Positions 39,920 through 41,798 of a stretch of 41,798 nucleotides of DNA are shown here, one piece after another. The stretch covers positions 1-41,798 of IMG/VR virus record IMGVR_UViG_3300045988_016066. One strand, 5' to 3'. A program made the position numbers and the translations under genes. This stretch comes from a virus. The stretch's first letter is position 1. Each line of letters starts with the position of its first letter. The notes under the pieces were generated by a model. The model did not search any database. It worked only from the letters and a program-made list of their open reading frames with translations, and was not told the DNA's origin.

Positions 39920-40141
39920 TTATTTAAGCCCTAATCCTCGGGCGATTTCGTCCACGGTCGTTCCGCGTTCCTTCGCCATATTCTCCGCCATCTGCCGGAT
40001 CTGGTCGGGCGTCTTGCCCTGTACCATCTTTAATGCCTGTTGCGCTCGCGGATCACGTCCCGCCATCTGCTGTATTAGCGTCATCGGGTTTCCGCCGGTA
40101 CGGGCGAGGTTAATCAAGTTGAAAATCGGATTATTCATCAT
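39920..40141 (-). CDS. Cassette protein 2: small helical protein (73 aa), unknown
   Basis: MMNNPIFNLINLARTGGNPMTLIQQMAGRDPRAQQALKMVQGKTPDQIRQMAENMAKERGTTVDEIARGLGLK. Confidence 0.65.
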   Translation of the reverse strand: MMNNPIFNLINLARTGGNPMTLIQQMAGRDPRAQQALKMVQGKTPDQIRQMAENMAKERGTTVDEIARGLGLK

Positions 40142-40484
40142 CGTCTTCTACCCTCCGGCGCTTTTTCGCTGTCAGCTCCGCACGAAGCGCGTCAAGGTCG
40201 GCTTTCGTCGCGTACTCTACAGTCGGAGTTTGTTCCGGGGTGAAGAGCTTGAAATCAAAGAAGTCGGAAGCGCCTGTCTGCTGGTTAAATCGTTTCAGGT
40301 ATATCATTCCGTGCCCGATGTCCGGCATAACGACGCCGAGAGAAAAGTAGTCCGTGCTCGTGGCAATAGCCTCTTCGCGGCTCGTGACCGGCTTGCAGAC
40401 GTATCCGGGAGCAATCTGCTGCATTGTTTGCGGCCTCTGATATCCGCCGTAAAACTGCTGTGGCTGTTGGTAGTAGTTTTCCAT
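40131..40484 (-). CDS. Cassette protein 1: Gln/Tyr-rich N-terminus, charged C-tail (117 aa), unknown
   Basis: ATG at 40484 after GAAAGGA. MENYYQQPQQFYGGYQRPQTMQQIAPGYVCKPVTSREEAIATSTDYFSLGVVMPDIGHGMIYLKRFNQQTGASDFFDF. Confidence 0.65.
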   Translation of the reverse strand: MENYYQQPQQFYGGYQRPQTMQQIAPGYVCKPVTSREEAIATSTDYFSLGVVMPDIGHGMIYLKRFNQQTGASDFFDFKLFTPEQTPTVEYATKADLDALRAELTAKKRRRVEDDDE

Positions 40485-40517
40485 TGCTTCACGTCCTTTC
40501 CTCTTACATTGTCGCAC

Positions 40518-40550
40518 AAAAAAAGAGGGCTAACCCATCGGTTAGCCCTC
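40518..40550 (-). terminator. Strong intrinsic terminator separating the lysis/sigma-like genes from the cassette
   Basis: Minus strand reads GAGGGCTAACC-gatg-GGTTAGCCCTC followed by TTTTTTT. Confidence 0.85.
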
Positions 40551-40570
40551 AATAATCCATCAGAAACCCA

Positions 40571-40834
40571 TCATTCGATTGCAGCGGCGATCTTGTCCTT
40601 GATCGCCCGTATACGGCGCTCGACTTTCTCTGTGCCGTACAGTTCCGTGTCCGTCTGCATGGCGAAGGAGATTTGCAAAACGCTCATGCCCTTTGCCCGC
40701 AGACGGAAGATTTTTAATTCCTCATCGGTAAAGCCGCAGTCTCGCTCAAACTGTTCGCGCAGCTCTCGCGGGAATTGCAGCTTATTTTTTGTCCCCGGCG
40801 TTGTTAAACTCCGTAGGAGGCTCTCTGTCGTCAT
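40571..40834 (-). CDS. Small sigma-70 region-4 / LuxR-like HTH protein
   Basis: ...FERDCGFTDEELKIFRLRAKGMSVLQISFAMQTDTELYGTEKVERRIRAIKDKI. The N-terminal 18 aa look non-native, so this may be the 3' part of a frameshifted gene. Confidence 0.6.
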   Translation of the reverse strand: MTTESLLRSLTTPGTKNKLQFPRELREQFERDCGFTDEELKIFRLRAKGMSVLQISFAMQTDTELYGTEKVERRIRAIKDKIAAAIE

Positions 40835-40934
40835 TGGCTACACTCTCCATATATGCGTTAAAAAGTGTCTCTGCGAGGCTTTCAGACGCCTCGACGCCAT
40901 TGATGCGGCAGAACGTTTTTACGGATTCTTTCAT
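40782..40934 (-). CDS. 50-aa ORF that may be the 5' part of the sigma-like gene
   Basis: Not in the ORF track. MKESVKTFCRINGVEASESLAETLFNAYMESVANDDREPPTEFNNAGDKK ends at GAC AAA AAA TAA. The +1 frame continues as the 40571..40834 ORF. Confidence 0.4.
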   Translation of the reverse strand: MKESVKTFCRINGVEASESLAETLFNAYMESVANDDREPPTEFNNAGDKK

Positions 40935-40973
40935 CTTTCCGTAGTGTCGGTTTACAAGACTTTAGATTTTCTG

Positions 40974-41294
40974 TCAGGCGGCGTTGAACTTGTCGTTCAT
41001 TTCCTTAACGGCAGCTTCGAGGAGAACTTTCAGCTCGTATTCCGTGGTCTTGATGCCTTTCTGGTCGAGCATGGAGGCAGCAACGGCCATGGCACGGGAA
41101 AGCTTCTCGTCGCCGTGGATATCCTTATACACCTGTTCAATATACGCAACGGTAGTTGCCGCTACCTTGCGTTTCGTGTCGGTGTTGACGTACTTTTCGT
41201 ACAGCTTCGCGGCGTAGGACGCGGCAATGCCGCAGACGGCGAGGATGATGTACTTAATAATTTCCAGACCGTAGGTAGTGATAATTTCGTTCAT
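40974..41294 (-). CDS. Holin, LL-H family-like
   Basis: 106 aa. N-terminal TM IIKYIILAVCGIAASYAA, then ...VAYIEQVYKDIHGDEKLSRAMAVAASMLDQKGIKTTEYELKVLLEAAVKEM. Confidence 0.7.
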   Translation of the reverse strand: MNEIITTYGLEIIKYIILAVCGIAASYAAKLYEKYVNTDTKRKVAATTVAYIEQVYKDIHGDEKLSRAMAVAASMLDQKGIKTTEYELKVLLEAAVKEMNDKFNAA

Positions 41295-41306
41295 TGCAAA
41301 TTCTCC

Positions 41307-41693
41307 TTACTTCAAAAAATCATTTTTCTTTAGATGTCCGGCGTAGACGCTGTTAAGGTGCTGGATGGTGTTTGCGGCGCGGTTGTTCTCGTACTGCGGG
41401 TGGCCAGAGCAGTAGTCCTCATATCGGTCAACGTCCCGGAGAACGTCCGCCCAATGCTCGGCGGTGTGCAAGACGCCCTGCCGCACCTCATCCCCAAAGC
41501 GGAGGATGCGGCTTCGCGCCTCGTCAGCGCGGCAGGCGGCGTCGTCCTCGATGTGCTTTACGAGCTTACCGTCGAGAGCGTCCAAACGCTTCACGATCTC
41601 GTTGTTGTTCTTACGGTTGGCGAGGATCAGCGAGAAGATGCCAGCAACGGCAGCCCCGCCGCATGCGGTGATGATTGCCTTTATGATTTCCAT
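41307..41693 (-). CDS. Membrane-anchored lysis-cassette protein (holin/antiholin accessory?)
   Basis: 128 aa. N-terminal TM IIKAIITACGGAAVAGIFSLILA, then ...ARSRILRFGDEVRQG...DVDRYEDYC. Lies between the endolysin and the holin. Confidence 0.6.
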   Translation of the reverse strand: MEIIKAIITACGGAAVAGIFSLILANRKNNNEIVKRLDALDGKLVKHIEDDAACRADEARSRILRFGDEVRQGVLHTAEHWADVLRDVDRYEDYCSGHPQYENNRAANTIQHLNSVYAGHLKKNDFLK

Positions 41694-41703
41694 TTATTTC
41701 TCC

Positions 41704-41798
41704 TACTTTACTCCGAGGATACGGTTCACTTCGCCCTGCACGAGATCGTAAAACCACGCGCCGAGCTTCTGCTTTCGCTCCTCGCCGTTGCCCCACTT
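41704..41798 (-). CDS. Endolysin 3' end (CW_7/Cpl-7-like wall-binding repeat), continuation of 1..718
   Basis: Reading across the junction gives ...AQEVLDGKWGNGEERKQKLGAWFYDLVQGEVNRILGVK, then TAG at 41706..41704. The total protein is 252 aa. Confidence 0.8.
41745..41798. repeat. Terminal direct repeat, right copy (identical to 1..54)
   Basis: Read directly from the sequence. Confidence 0.95.

Larger units (their letters stand above)
1..41798. mobile_element. Complete genome of a temperate tailed phage (siphovirus-type morphogenesis module, serine-integrase lysogeny module), opened arbitrarily inside the endolysin gene
   Basis: Each module is present once: lysis, tail, head, packaging, late regulator, replication/recombination, cro/repressor switch, integrase. 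Identical 54-nt ends show the molecule closes on itself. Confidence 0.9.

Noticed and set aside
38052-41333. Long plus-strand ORFs 38052..38951 (299 aa), 38228..39058 (276 aa) and 40014..41333 (439 aa)
   Set aside because: They run antisense to well-formed minus-strand genes that have RBSs. They lack SD sequences and translate to low-complexity Arg/Val/Ala-rich sequence typical of shadow frames. They also cross strong terminators.

Overview
The window is one complete temperate siphovirus-type phage genome of about 41.74 kb. Its first 54 nt are repeated at the last 54 nt, so the molecule is circular or terminally redundant. The window is opened inside the endolysin gene. The host looks like a GC-rich Gram-positive, probably Clostridia-like (inferred from the GH25 + CW_7 endolysin, LL-H-type holin and GGAGG ribosome-binding sites).

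Almost all genes are on the minus strand. In transcription order (descending coordinates):
- cro-like switch, about 32.8 kb
- early small genes, then the recombination/replication module (Gp157-like, Rad52/Sak-like annealase, NinB-like, beta-class MTase, HNH, SSB, replisome organizer with internal iterons, Dam-type MTase, RuvC-like resolvase), 31.7-25.2 kb
- a swarm of small Cys4/zinc-ribbon and DUF551-like proteins, 25.2-20.3 kb
- a sigma-region-4-like late regulator, 19.1-19.6 kb
- a near-consensus promoter followed by a terminator, a ParB/DUF4417 protein and three MGGRGAxSG paralogs
- TerL, portal, minor capsid, scaffold, HK97-fold capsid with an Ig-like tail, head-tail joining genes, major tail, chaperones, tape measure, tail tip and fibre, 16.7-0.7 kb
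- endolysin (wraps the junction), a membrane protein and the LL-H holin, 41.7-41.0 kb
- a sigma-like small regulator, then a terminator-insulated five-gene cassette of compositionally bizarre proteins, 40.5-38.1 kb

The plus strand carries the lysogeny module at 33.1-38.1 kb: a membrane-tethered wHTH, an XRE repressor, a Sie-like membrane protein, a membrane-tethered XRE protein, a large serine integrase, and a promoter-driven two-gene module.

The most interesting findings are:
- the orphan Cys/Gly/Tyr-rich cassette at 38112..40484
- the three tandem genes sharing only an N-terminal MGGRGAxSG nonapeptide just upstream of the packaging genes, one with an in-frame TAA
- a late region built as promoter plus three intrinsic terminators, which implies antitermination
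- long-range inverted repeats that enclose a micro-ORF (33786/33988) or sequester an SD (39826/39901)

No rRNA, tRNA, CRISPR array or reverse transcriptase was recognised. All family assignments come from motif recognition by eye and need HMM or structure confirmation.
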